Shown here piece after piece: positions 1-8,420 of a stretch of 34,680 bases of DNA. The stretch's first letter is position 1, and the number at the start of each line of letters is the position of its first letter. The notes beneath the pieces are model-generated. The model was not told where the DNA came from. It worked only from the letters and a program-made list of their open reading frames with translations, and did no database searches. Origin of the DNA: Candidatus Woesearchaeota archaeon (GTDB taxonomy: Archaea > Nanobdellota > Nanobdellia > SCGC-AAA011-G17 > GW2011-AR17); NCBI GenBank assembly GCA_964473075.1, contig CAYYMN010000006.1, positions 1-34,680 on the forward strand, in the 5' to 3' direction. The position numbers and the translations under genes are program-made.

Positions 1-183
1 ATTCTTTATTTTTAGCTTTCAGGGTCTAAGAATACAAAACTGTTCTACAGAGCCAAATCCTAGAAAGATATATAAAGAAGAAATAATAAAAAAGATATAA
101 CAATTCTTGAATTGTGAGTATGAGCCCCGGTGATCTGAAGGTTGCCGGATGTTAATTTTACTTAAACTTTATGGGGGTGCTTT

Positions 184-762
184 ATGGAAGATACTTTAAT
201 ATTTGTAGATGATGGTTTCTTTGGATTAGTAAAAAGACATTTTTCAAGAGAATCTAAGAAAGCACAAAAATATTTACAAACTTTCAGAAATATATGTCAA
301 AAAGAGAAGTTAAATTTGAAACATCTTTACATTTATACAGCTCCACCTTTTCAAAGTTCAAAACCAACAAAAAAAGAAGATTTCTTAATGAGTAAATATC
401 AAAATATGACACAAATGTTAAGAACTAAAAAATGGGTTACATTAAGAGAAGGAAGATGTCAAAAATATATTAATATTGAAGGAAAAGAAGATTTTTGCCA
501 AAAGGGAGTTGATGCCTTAATAATCATGGATTTATATGATATTTCTGAAAACTATCCATATGTAAAAAAGATAATACTTATTGCATCAGATTCTGATTTT
601 GTTCCTGTAATTGAAAGAATGAAAAAGAAAGGTTTTGAAATTATTTTATACACTTATTTTGATAGAGAAAGGAGATCACGATTTTCAACATCCAATCATT
701 TATTAAAAATGGCATCTAAATGGATCAAGCTAACAAAAGAAGATTTTCAAGAAAAGGTTTAA
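184..762 (+). CDS. NYN / LabA-like (PIN-fold) domain protein
   Basis: 192 aa ORF. It has an N-terminal IFVDDGF acidic motif and a LIASDSDFVPVIERMKKKG motif typical of LabA/NYN nuclease-like domains. Confidence 0.55.
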   Translation: MEDTLIFVDDGFFGLVKRHFSRESKKAQKYLQTFRNICQKEKLNLKHLYIYTAPPFQSSKPTKKEDFLMSKYQNMTQMLRTKKWVTLREGRCQKYINIEGKEDFCQKGVDALIIMDLYDISENYPYVKKIILIASDSDFVPVIERMKKKGFEIILYTYFDRERRSRFSTSNHLLKMASKWIKLTKEDFQEKV

Positions 763-787
763 ATAGAAGAATAAACTAAAAAGAATT

Positions 788-898
788 ATGACTTTATGTG
801 AAAGATGCGGGGAAGACTTTGACAACTATTATTTGGGGTATCATTGGTGTCCTAATTGTGGAAAAGTATCATTGCCAGAGCTAAAGAAAGGCTTATAA
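788..898 (+). CDS. small zinc-ribbon protein (36 aa)
   Basis: ATG at 788 and TAA at 896-898, hand translated as MTLCERCGEDFDNYYLGYHWCPNCGKVSLPELKKGL. It contains two CxxC pairs. It is too short for the ORF track. Confidence 0.3.
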   Translation: MTLCERCGEDFDNYYLGYHWCPNCGKVSLPELKKGL

Positions 899-956
899 AT
901 ATCAAGTAAATCACATAAGTCACCCGATAGCACTACGCTAGTAGGAGGGAGTATTT

Positions 957-1622
957 ATGGATAAGAAGGAAATATTAGAAGCAATAAAAGAACTGAGAAA
1001 GGAAGAGCATAAAAAGAAGTTCACTCAGAGTTTTGATTTTCAAGTAAGAATACAGAGTTTAGATTTAAAGAAACAAGAGAATAAAGTTGATGTTTTTGTA
1101 GACCTACCGCATGGCAGAGGAAAGAAAGTTTCTGTGTGCGCATTAGTTGGCGGGACCTTGTATAATGATGCGAAGGCTAATTGTGACAGGACGATTGTGC
1201 AAGATGAGTTCAAAGCAATGGCTGGAAACACCAAAGAGCTGAAAAAATTAGCCAGAAGTTATGATTTCTTTGTTGCACAGGCAGATATCATGGGATTAGT
1301 TGCAGGGACCTTTGGAAGATTCTTAGGACCAAAAGGAAGGATGCCGAACCCAAAGGCAGGATGTGTTATTCCACCAAAAGGAAATGTTAAATCAATTGTT
1401 GAGAAACTGCAAAAGACGATTAGATTAATTGTGAAAAACAATGAGCCTGCAGTAAAATGTGCCGTGGGAACTGAGAAGATGTCCGATGAGCAAATTGCTG
1501 AGAATACTTTAGCTGCATACAATGCTTTACTACAAACATTACCACAGCATGAGCAGAATATCAAGAATGTTTATTTAAAATTGACAATGAGCAAGCCATT
1601 AAGCATAGGAGGGAAAAAATGA
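957..1622 (+). CDS. rpl1: 50S ribosomal protein L1 (uL1)
   Basis: 221 aa with typical uL1 sequence. GGAGGGAG lies upstream of the ATG. It is the first gene of the conserved archaeal L1-P0-P1 operon and its stop overlaps the next start (ATGA at 1619-1622). Confidence 0.9.
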   Translation: MDKKEILEAIKELRKEEHKKKFTQSFDFQVRIQSLDLKKQENKVDVFVDLPHGRGKKVSVCALVGGTLYNDAKANCDRTIVQDEFKAMAGNTKELKKLARSYDFFVAQADIMGLVAGTFGRFLGPKGRMPNPKAGCVIPPKGNVKSIVEKLQKTIRLIVKNNEPAVKCAVGTEKMSDEQIAENTLAAYNALLQTLPQHEQNIKNVYLKLTMSKPLSIGGKK

Positions 1623-2473
1623 GTAAACCCCAAGCCTATGTAAGTGAGAAAAAGAAAACCATTGTTCAACAATTATCCGCAGATCTTGAAAAATTTAATA
1701 TCATTGGATTAGTGAATATGGAAAATTTGCCGGCACCACAGCTGCAAAAAATGAAGCAGAACTTAAGAGGGAAAATTGAGATCCGGATGACTAAAAAGAA
1801 TTTGATTAAGTATGCATTGAAGAATTCCAAAAAAGATTTGAGTAAGCTTATTGAAGCAATTCAAGGGATGCCAGCATTGCTTTTGACTAATGATAATCCA
1901 TTCAAATTGTATAAGATAATTTCAGCGAACAAAAGTTCTGCACCTGCAAAACCGGGACAGAAATCACCAAGAGATATTATTATTCCTGCGGGAAAGACGC
2001 CTTTTGCACCAGGACCAATTATTGGAGAACTTGGACAGTTGGGAATTAAGACTGGGATTGAGGATGGGAAAGTTGCGATCAAACAAGAAAAGTTGGTTGT
2101 GAAAGAAGGGGAAACTTTTACACCAAAAATATGCGGGTTGTTGACCAGATTGAACATACAGCCGATGGAAATTGGATTGAATATTGTTGCAGTATATGAA
2201 AATGGGGTTGTGTTTGATAGGAAAGTATTGGAAGTTGATGAGAAAGTTTATTTACAGAACCTCAAACAATTACACAACGAAGCCATGAACTTAGCTGTGA
2301 AGATTGGTTACACAACAAAAGATACAATAAATGTATTAATACATAAAGCTCACAGAGATGCATCAGCAATTGCAGATTCAAAAAATATTATGACCAGTGA
2401 GAACATTGGAAAAATATTGGCGAAAGCAGAAGCGCAGGCTGAAGCGGTGAAGGATGAAGCTCATATTGAGTAA
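1619..2473 (+). CDS. rplP0: 50S ribosomal stalk protein P0 (uL10)
   Basis: 284 aa with an archaeal P0-type N-terminal domain. It sits between L1 and P1 and has the ATGA overlap with rpl1. Confidence 0.9.
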   Translation: MSKPQAYVSEKKKTIVQQLSADLEKFNIIGLVNMENLPAPQLQKMKQNLRGKIEIRMTKKNLIKYALKNSKKDLSKLIEAIQGMPALLLTNDNPFKLYKIISANKSSAPAKPGQKSPRDIIIPAGKTPFAPGPIIGELGQLGIKTGIEDGKVAIKQEKLVVKEGETFTPKICGLLTRLNIQPMEIGLNIVAVYENGVVFDRKVLEVDEKVYLQNLKQLHNEAMNLAVKIGYTTKDTINVLIHKAHRDASAIADSKNIMTSENIGKILAKAEAQAEAVKDEAHIE

Positions 2474-2487
2474 GGAGGATAATAAAA

Positions 2488-2781
2488 ATGGAATATATCT
2501 ATGGGGCTCTATTGCTCTACAAAGCAGGAAAAGAAATAAATGAAGCTAATGTTAAGAAAGTGCTTGAAGCTGCAGGTATCAAAGCAGATGAAGGCAGAAT
2601 CAAAGCGTTAGTCGTGGCATTAGATGGGGTTAATATCGAACAAGCTATCAAAGAAGCAGCAGTTGCTACAGTTGCAGCGGCACCAAGTGCTGGACCTGCA
2701 CATACAGTGGCTAAAAAAGAAGAAAAGAAGGAAGAGAAAAAAGAAGATGCTGCTGTTGGTTTAGGAGCATTGTTCGGATAA
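2488..2781 (+). CDS. rpl12: 50S ribosomal stalk protein P1 (archaeal L12)
   Basis: 97 aa. It starts [10 protein letters not shown], has an Ala-rich hinge and the [20 protein letters not shown] stalk tail. AAGGAGG lies upstream. Confidence 0.9.
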   Translation: MEYIYGALLLYKAGKEINEANVKKVLEAAGIKADEGRIKALVVALDGVNIEQAIKEAAVATVAAAPSAGPAHTVAKKEEKKEEKKEDAAVGLGALFG

Positions 2782-2784
2782 GAA

Positions 2785-2815
2785 AGTAATTTTTTTATTA
2801 TTTTATTTTGTTTGT
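2785..2815 (+). terminator. oligo-T tract downstream of the L1-P0-P1 operon
   Basis: A T7 run and further T-rich runs follow immediately after the rpl12 stop. Archaeal transcription terminates at oligo-T. Confidence 0.35.
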
Positions 2816-2879
2816 ATTTACTATGAAGTAATTAATGAACTAATAGTTTTATAAATAAGTTATGTTTATTCAATATAAA

Positions 2880-3239
2880 ATGGTAAATGTTATTGTTGCT
2901 GATGATATAGATAGTTGGAGAGAAATGTATATTGATATATTACAAGAAGCTTTTCCGAATGTGTCTGTTGATGCAGTTAGTAATGGGAGTGACTTGGTTG
3001 CTCGTGTTTTATTAGGAAATTATTCTGTAGTGATTAGCGATAATGATATGGAAAAACCAAATGCTGGATTAGAAGCTTTGAGAACACTTCGAACATCTGG
3101 AAATAATGTTCCATTTTACTTATTAAGTGGAAAGAGTATTAGAGAAAAAGTTCTATAGGCTGGAGCAAATGAATTTTATAACAAAGAAAATTTTGATGCT
3201 GATAAAATAATGAAAGACATTGCAAGATACATAGAATAA
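2880..3239 (+). pseudogene. CheY-like response regulator receiver domain interrupted by one in-frame TAG (3156-3158)
   Basis: The translation is MVNVIVADDID...VVISDNDM...YLLSGKSIREKVL, then TAG, then AGANEFYNKENFDADKIMKDIARYIE and a TAA at 3237-3239. The acidic pair, the phospho-acceptor Asp and the Ser/Thr lie before the TAG. The conserved GA..F/Y..K lysine motif lies after it, in the same frame. Confidence 0.6.
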
Positions 3240-3317
3240 ATTTTAGGAAAATCAGTTGCCAAAAGCTTTTTAAAGAAGGAGATTTTCAGAGAATAAATTA
3301 ATTAGGTGTTGGTTCTC

Positions 3318-4175
3318 ATGGGTGAGGAAGAAAAGAATAATGAAATAATGGATGTTAATGCTTTGAAATCAAAGTTAGATTTACTTAATTCTGAAAAAGA
3401 GAAATGGTTCGCGAGGAAAGAAGAACTTAAACAAAAGATTGCGGACCTGATCAAAGAAGTCAGAGCTGTAAAAGCAAAGAATGAGGAGTTTGGTTCTAAT
3501 ATTAGAGAATTAAAAGAAAAAAGGGATGCGCAGAATTCTGAAGTCCGGAAGTTAATTGACCAGATCAAAGATGTTAATCAAAAGAAAGGGAAGCAGTTAG
3601 ACATCAAGGATCCCGAGGCATTAAAGAATAGAATTGGACAGTTAGAGACAAAAATAGAAACAAGTGCAATAAGCTTTGATGAAGAAAAAAAGATTATGAA
3701 GCAGATTAAAGAAACTAAGAAATTATTAGAAAAGGCCAAAGTTGATGCTGAAGTGCACAGAGAGGCTTCTGAGATTTCTAAAAAAATTAATGTAGAAAGG
3801 AGAAAAGCAGAGGAATTTCATTCAAAAATTAATGATACCGCCAAAGAAAACAAGGATTCTTTCAAGGAGTTCACTAGAATCTCCAAAGAAATCAACAGGG
3901 TTAAAAAAGAACAAGAAGAAGCCTTTGAAAATTTTATCAAATTCAAACAAGAGTTTTCTGAAATAAATAAGAAATTAAAAGAGGAAATGAAAAAAGAAGG
4001 AAATGTTAAAAGAGAAGTCAAGAGAAAGAGAGAAAGAAATGCAAGAGTAAAAAAAGAAATGAATATCAAAAAATTAGAAGAGAAAAAAGAGAAAGTTGAA
4101 GAAAAACTAAAGAGTAAAAAAGTTCTGACCACCGAAGATTTGATTGCATTTCAGGGTGAAAACAATTTAGATTAG
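3318..4175 (+). CDS. K/E-rich coiled-coil protein (archaeal COG1340-like)
   Basis: A ~285 aa continuous heptad-like K/E-rich sequence. Its size and composition resemble the conserved archaeal coiled-coil family. The ATG at 3318 is preferred over the GTG at 3306. Confidence 0.45.
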   Translation: MGEEEKNNEIMDVNALKSKLDLLNSEKEKWFARKEELKQKIADLIKEVRAVKAKNEEFGSNIRELKEKRDAQNSEVRKLIDQIKDVNQKKGKQLDIKDPEALKNRIGQLETKIETSAISFDEEKKIMKQIKETKKLLEKAKVDAEVHREASEISKKINVERRKAEEFHSKINDTAKENKDSFKEFTRISKEINRVKKEQEEAFENFIKFKQEFSEINKKLKEEMKKEGNVKREVKRKRERNARVKKEMNIKKLEEKKEKVEEKLKSKKVLTTEDLIAFQGENNLD

Positions 4176-4697
4176 TGATTTTATGTCGCTATAGATTGGA
4201 ATAGATTTAATTTTATATGCTTCTACAAGGAAGATCCAAACAAAGACAATGAATATTGTTGAGATTATGTGCCAGAAAATCAAATGCACAGCAGCAAAGT
4301 AGTTCCTTCCAAAGTTTAGATAAATAAAAATTAGAATCAGGATTCTCAATAAATTCATAATAAAGATCATTACAGAACCTAGAAAGAAAAGTTTTAAGGA
4401 TTGGATTAAAGAAATATTTCTGGTCAAAAGGATTAATTCTAATAGAAGGATATAAGCCAAAAGGGCTGTGCATGCGGGAATGATCGTGAATGAAATATTG
4501 TTTATTGATATTGTTGTGTTGTTTAATACTGGTTCGAGGAATATATCTAGGATAAAATAAGTGAAGGATAAAGTTAATGGAAGAAGCAGGAATGATAAAT
4601 ATGAAGAGAAGATTGCTATTAAGAACGCGAGTGGATAACGCAGGAGTATTGATTTCATAGGCGAAAAGAAGTTTATCCAAATTATAAAGATTGACAC
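4167..4697 (-). CDS. mini exosortase/archaeosortase-like polytopic membrane protein
   Basis: 176 aa with about 5-6 hydrophobic helices. Cys76 (IIPACTAL), Arg118 in an N-x-x-R context (MNLLRI, 42 residues after the Cys) and His138/143 (AAVHLIFWH) match the order of the exosortase-family Cys/Arg/His motifs and the Cys-to-Arg spacing. It directly abuts the giant surface protein gene. Confidence 0.45.
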   Translation of the reverse strand: MSIFIIWINFFSPMKSILLRYPLAFLIAIFSSYLSFLLLPLTLSFTYFILDIFLEPVLNNTTISINNISFTIIPACTALLAYILLLELILLTRNISLIQSLKLFFLGSVMIFIMNLLRILILIFIYLNFGRNYFAAVHLIFWHIISTIFIVFVWIFLVEAYKIKSIPIYSDIKSLI

Positions 4698-7600
4698 TTA
4701 AGCAGTTATTGCTTCATAAACAATGGTTATTGATTTTGCACCGGCTGTGGAATCCTTAGGGAAATATAATTCTATAAAAGTTCTGACTTGATCAGTTGAA
4801 TCCGAGGAGCTTAGGCTATTGCAAACTGCTCTTGTTGAGTTGCTATTATGAGTTGCAAGTATTCCATAATCATCCAATCCAGTACAAGAACCTGTTTCAT
4901 TGTTTTGGGAAATTATTGCAATCCTTGCCAAAGCTGTCAAAGTGCAACCCTGTGAAGAGCCACAAAAAGTTTCCTCGGCATCTGTTACTAATGCATAAGC
5001 AGTTACATTAACATTGACTGTGCCATTGTTTGTGATCAAGTGAACATCATTGTTTGGGAAAGCGGTAGTATTGATCCAACAATTGTTGCTAATGTTTGAA
5101 TTCATTAATGCATAATTATCTGTGCAGCTAGCATTATAGTATCCAGAGCCAAATGCAATCGTGTTATCATCCAAAGTTATACCAACTACTGAAGGAGTAC
5201 TAACTATACTTGAATTCTGAATAGAAACTTCTTGATTATCGACTATATTTATTACAAATGAAGCTAATTTTCCTGCTGCATCCGTCAGTCGATTACTATC
5301 CAAAACAAGATTATTATAAACATCATAAGAACTTGAGACAGCTAGACCAGTAGCATTAATTGTTCCTTGAAGCAAATTATTATTCGTCTGGTCAGTCCAG
5401 TTTACTGAATTCTGAGTAAAAGAGACATTGACAGTTTTATTTACATTTATACTTGCATTCAAACTATAATCTGTGTTTAAAATAATAGCACCATTAGTCA
5501 CAACAACTGACAGATTTCCCAAGCCTGCACAATTAGTCCCAGAAGGAGATTGACAGATGAATAAGCTACCTATGCTTCCAGACTTACTACTTCCTCCAGG
5601 AGAAGCACCACCAGAAACATTTATACTTCCAGTGAAAGTTGAAGTTTGGTAGTACAAAGCAATCCTTCCTCCGCCACCAGCAGCATTAGAAGTAACTGAA
5701 CCCCCTTCAGCTTCAATAACTCCATTCCCAGTTAATGTATTGACAATCAAATAAACACTGCCACCAGAACCGCCACTATTAGATCCAATTAAAGTAGCAT
5801 TTGAAGCTATTATTCCATTGTTAGTTAATGTTCCAGAAACATTCAAAAAGATTGCACCGCCACCATCAGTTTTTGCAACACCGCCACCAGAACCAATTTC
5901 TAAAGGTCTAGTCAGGCTATCATAAACGCCATTAGCCATTGCAGAAGTTGTGTTACCACCAAGACCACCATGCGAAGCACCTTTAGCTGTTGAGGTACCT
6001 GGAGCTGGACCGGAAAGAGTTCTATAACCTTTTTTAGTTGTATCAATTTTTGCACCACTATTAATTGTAAAGGTTGATGCAGAGAGATTTATAATATTTA
6101 ATTGGACAATGTTATTTTGATCATGAGTTAAATCACCACCAGAATTCAAAGTCCAGTTTGCAGTGGGATTAAAAGTATAATCATTACTTAAAATTAAATT
6201 GCCATCTATTGTAACAGTCTGCAAATTAGGGAATTGTAAACTTGCATTTTGGAGCCAGATAGAAGGGGTGTTTAAATCAATAATTGTTGAGCTCACATTA
6301 AAAGGAACTTCTTGAATAAAATAAGCACCATTCTCAATAGTTAAATTATCCAAGTTTGTCAAAGAAATAAAAGTGCTGTTTACATGAGTTGTTGCCATAT
6401 TAGAAAAATTACCATTTTTAATAAGCAATTGACCATTTAAGTCAGAATTAACTTTTAAGAAAATAGTACCAGCACCACCGGATTCATCAGTGGCATATCC
6501 GCCAGAGGCATTTATTGAGCCAGTATAAAGATAATTTGGAGAGTAAACTGCGATCCTGCCACCAGCACCAGCATCATTAGTAGATGCCAAGCCTCCATGT
6601 GCATCAATCTCTCCATTACCAGAAAAATTACCCGCAACTAGATAGATACTACCGCCAGAACCAGTACCATAACCGCCAGTAACATGAAGACTACTAGAAG
6701 TAATAATTCCATTATTAATCAAAGTATCAGTTATATTCAAAAATATTGCACCACCGCCATCAGTTTTTCCAATGCCACCACCAGAACCAAGGTCCAACGG
6801 GGCAGTTATTGAGCCATATTCTAAACCACCAGCAGTACTACTAGTTCCACCCATACCTCCATACCCTGCACCATGAGTACTAGGCGCAGCAGCTAAAGAC
6901 CGACCAGGACCATTTAAAAAAGCATAACCTTTATTAGTTGCATTAATCATTGCGCCACTATTGATTGTGAAATTCTTTGCAGTAATGTTCAAAAAGTATA
7001 ATTGTGTAGCAGAGTTGTTCCTGTGGGATAAATTTCCAGCAGAGTTCAAAGTCCAGACTGCAGATTTATTAAAAGTATAATTTGACATTAATTCCATTGT
7101 ACCAGCTAGAGTCACAATAGATAGGTTACTAGCATTAAAGTTTCCTTGCTGGAAAAAGCCACAACCGGAGTTTAATTCAAAAATATTATTACTAATATCC
7201 AATGAAGTTGTTAAATAAACATTTGCATTATTAGTGATATTAAGTTCATCAAGAGTTGTTAATACTAAGAATGTTGAATTCAATTCACTCCTAGCAGAAG
7301 AAGTCCTATTGGCATTATCAAAGATTAAAGAACCATTAGACTTTGCAGAAGATTTCAAGAAAATTGTTCCAGGGCCGCCAGCAGCAGTAGTTCCCTGACC
7401 ACCAGAGGCGTTAATTATTCCTGTGAATGTGTTTGTAGTAGAATAAATTGCAACCCTTCCGCCAGAGCCACCGCCTACGGCTGCAGAAGCTGTACCACCA
7501 ATGGATTCAATTGTTCCAGAACCTGAAAAAGTACTCGCAATAATATAAATTGAACCGCCAGAACCGCCACTAGTAGCTGCTGTGTATGTAGCATTTGAAG

Positions 7601-8420
7601 AAATAACTCCGTTATTAGTTAGAGTTCCAGAGGCATTCAAAAACATTGCACCACCACCAGCAACCCCAGTTCTAGCTGTAGATGAACCGCCACTGCCCAA
7701 AGTCAATGGATACTCGATGCTTCCATAAGGAGATTTAGAAGCGCCTGCACCAAAGGAAGCATAGGAAGCGCCAATAGCAGTACTAGTTGTAAGACCTGGA
7801 CCTTGCTTTGAAAGGAAGCCAAAACCTGAAGAAGAGATTATTCCACCAGAATTGATTGTGATTGTATCTGCTGTAACATTAATACTTGTATTGCCTGCAG
7901 CAGTAGAGTTTAATTTCAATATACCACCACTATTAATTGTAATATTTGAGCACACCATAGTTGAATTACCCCAGACTAAACTACTGCTTAATGTGAAGAT
8001 TCCATCTGTAGAGGGACAGGAAGGATAATCTAAAATTGTTGCAGAATCATCCAATGTTCCTATGGAATCAACAGATGTATATCCTGTATAGGCACTAAAG
8101 GTAATTAATGAAATTGAAAATAAAAGAATTAATAAGGTTAATATTGTATTCTTAGGAATTGAAGGTTGTAAATTTTTTAATTCATTTTGATAATATTTTA
8201 TGCAATCATCATAATATGTAGTCCATTGCTTCAAAGTGCGTTGCTGTAAAACTTTATTCTTTGTTGCAAGATATTCTTTGTCTGATAGTTGATTTGATTT
8301 GTAAAGTTTATCTAAGTTTTTATTATATTCAATTAATGCAGATTTAAGTTTATTAGTATATTCTATAGCCTCGGCTAATTGTTTTTTCTTAAGTTCAGTT
8401 TTTGATATGTTTGATTTCAT
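4698..8420 (-). CDS. giant N-terminally anchored beta-helix-like repeat surface (glyco)protein
   Basis: A very long ORF (1247 aa from the TTG at 8441). The ATG at 8420 forms an ATGA overlap with the upstream gene stop. A ~95 aa K/E/Q-rich N-terminus is followed by one TM segment (ILTLLILLFSISLITFSAY). Three Gly-rich modules carry GGGAIFLN, GSGGSIYL, GGRIAVY, INASGG and GTIFLK motifs. I counted about 49 N-x-S/T sequons by hand. There is no C-terminal TM or sorting signal. Confidence 0.8.
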   Translation of the reverse strand: MKSNISKTELKKKQLAEAIEYTNKLKSALIEYNKNLDKLYKSNQLSDKEYLATKNKVLQQRTLKQWTTYYDDCIKYYQNELKNLQPSIPKNTILTLLILLFSISLITFSAYTGYTSVDSIGTLDDSATILDYPSCPSTDGIFTLSSSLVWGNSTMVCSNITINSGGILKLNSTAAGNTSINVTADTITINSGGIISSSGFGFLSKQGPGLTTSTAIGASYASFGAGASKSPYGSIEYPLTLGSGGSSTARTGVAGGGAMFLNASGTLTNNGVISSNATYTAATSGGSGGSIYIIASTFSGSGTIESIGGTASAAVGGGSGGRVAIYSTTNTFTGIINASGGQGTTAAGGPGTIFLKSSAKSNGSLIFDNANRTSSARSELNSTFLVLTTLDELNITNNANVYLTTSLDISNNIFELNSGCGFFQQGNFNASNLSIVTLAGTMELMSNYTFNKSAVWTLNSAGNLSHRNNSATQLYFLNITAKNFTINSGAMINATNKGYAFLNGPGRSLAAAPSTHGAGYGGMGGTSSTAGGLEYGSITAPLDLGSGGGIGKTDGGGAIFLNITDTLINNGIITSSSLHVTGGYGTGSGGSIYLVAGNFSGNGEIDAHGGLASTNDAGAGGRIAVYSPNYLYTGSINASGGYATDESGGAGTIFLKVNSDLNGQLLIKNGNFSNMATTHVNSTFISLTNLDNLTIENGAYFIQEVPFNVSSTIIDLNTPSIWLQNASLQFPNLQTVTIDGNLILSNDYTFNPTANWTLNSGGDLTHDQNNIVQLNIINLSASTFTINSGAKIDTTKKGYRTLSGPAPGTSTAKGASHGGLGGNTTSAMANGVYDSLTRPLEIGSGGGVAKTDGGGAIFLNVSGTLTNNGIIASNATLIGSNSGGSGGSVYLIVNTLTGNGVIEAEGGSVTSNAAGGGGRIALYYQTSTFTGSINVSGGASPGGSSKSGSIGSLFICQSPSGTNCAGLGNLSVVVTNGAIILNTDYSLNASINVNKTVNVSFTQNSVNWTDQTNNNLLQGTINATGLAVSSSYDVYNNLVLDSNRLTDAAGKLASFVINIVDNQEVSIQNSSIVSTPSVVGITLDDNTIAFGSGYYNASCTDNYALMNSNISNNCWINTTAFPNNDVHLITNNGTVNVNVTAYALVTDAEETFCGSSQGCTLTALARIAIISQNNETGSCTGLDDYGILATHNSNSTRAVCNSLSSSDSTDQVRTFIELYFPKDSTAGAKSITIVYEAITA
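5556..7862 (-). repeat. intragenic tandem repeats with a period of ~890-900 nt (~297-300 aa), 2.6 copies
   Basis: The motif (I/F)TINSG(G/A) recurs at aa 194, 491 and 791. The Gly-rich modules at aa 194-362, 491-662 and 791-962 align motif by motif. The N/T/L-rich spacers at 363-490 and 663-790 also align. Confidence 0.75.

Noticed and set aside
121-160. A local GC-rich stretch (GAGCCCCGGTGATCTGAAGGTTGCCGG) that could be a small RNA, a K-turn or a box C/D-like element upstream of the NYN gene.
   Set aside because: The GA...GA arrangement has an extra nucleotide between the GA and the GG stem, so it does not fit the K-turn consensus. There is no proper C/D box pair and only a 4 bp CCGG stem. 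That is too weak to call.
899-956. The leader of the L1 operon as a possible L1 autoregulatory mRNA mimic of the 23S rRNA L1 site.
   Set aside because: I could not derive a convincing helix plus asymmetric-loop structure by eye. In the characterised methanogen case, as I recall it, the site lies inside the coding start. I have no sequence-level support here.
1040-2157. Antisense ORFs inside rpl1 and rplP0 (1040-1234, 1259-1564, 1861-2157).
   Set aside because: These are shadow ORFs opposite highly recognisable ribosomal protein genes. Their composition is low-complexity and I see no motifs or RBS.
4695-4700. The giant protein ORF and the sortase-like ORF are in the same reading frame, separated only by a TAA followed by GTG. 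Together with the TAG in the receiver gene, this could hint at stop-codon readthrough.
   Set aside because: Sharing a frame has a one-in-three chance. TAA and TAG clearly terminate many well-defined genes in the window. The abutting stop and start are more simply explained by translational coupling.
3302-5011. Track ORFs 3302-3568, 3818-4132, 4213-4680 and 4796-5011, which overlap the coiled-coil, sortase-like and giant protein genes.
   Set aside because: They lie antisense or out of frame relative to much better supported genes. Their F/S/L-rich translations are what antisense K/E-rich or A/T-rich coding sequence typically produces.
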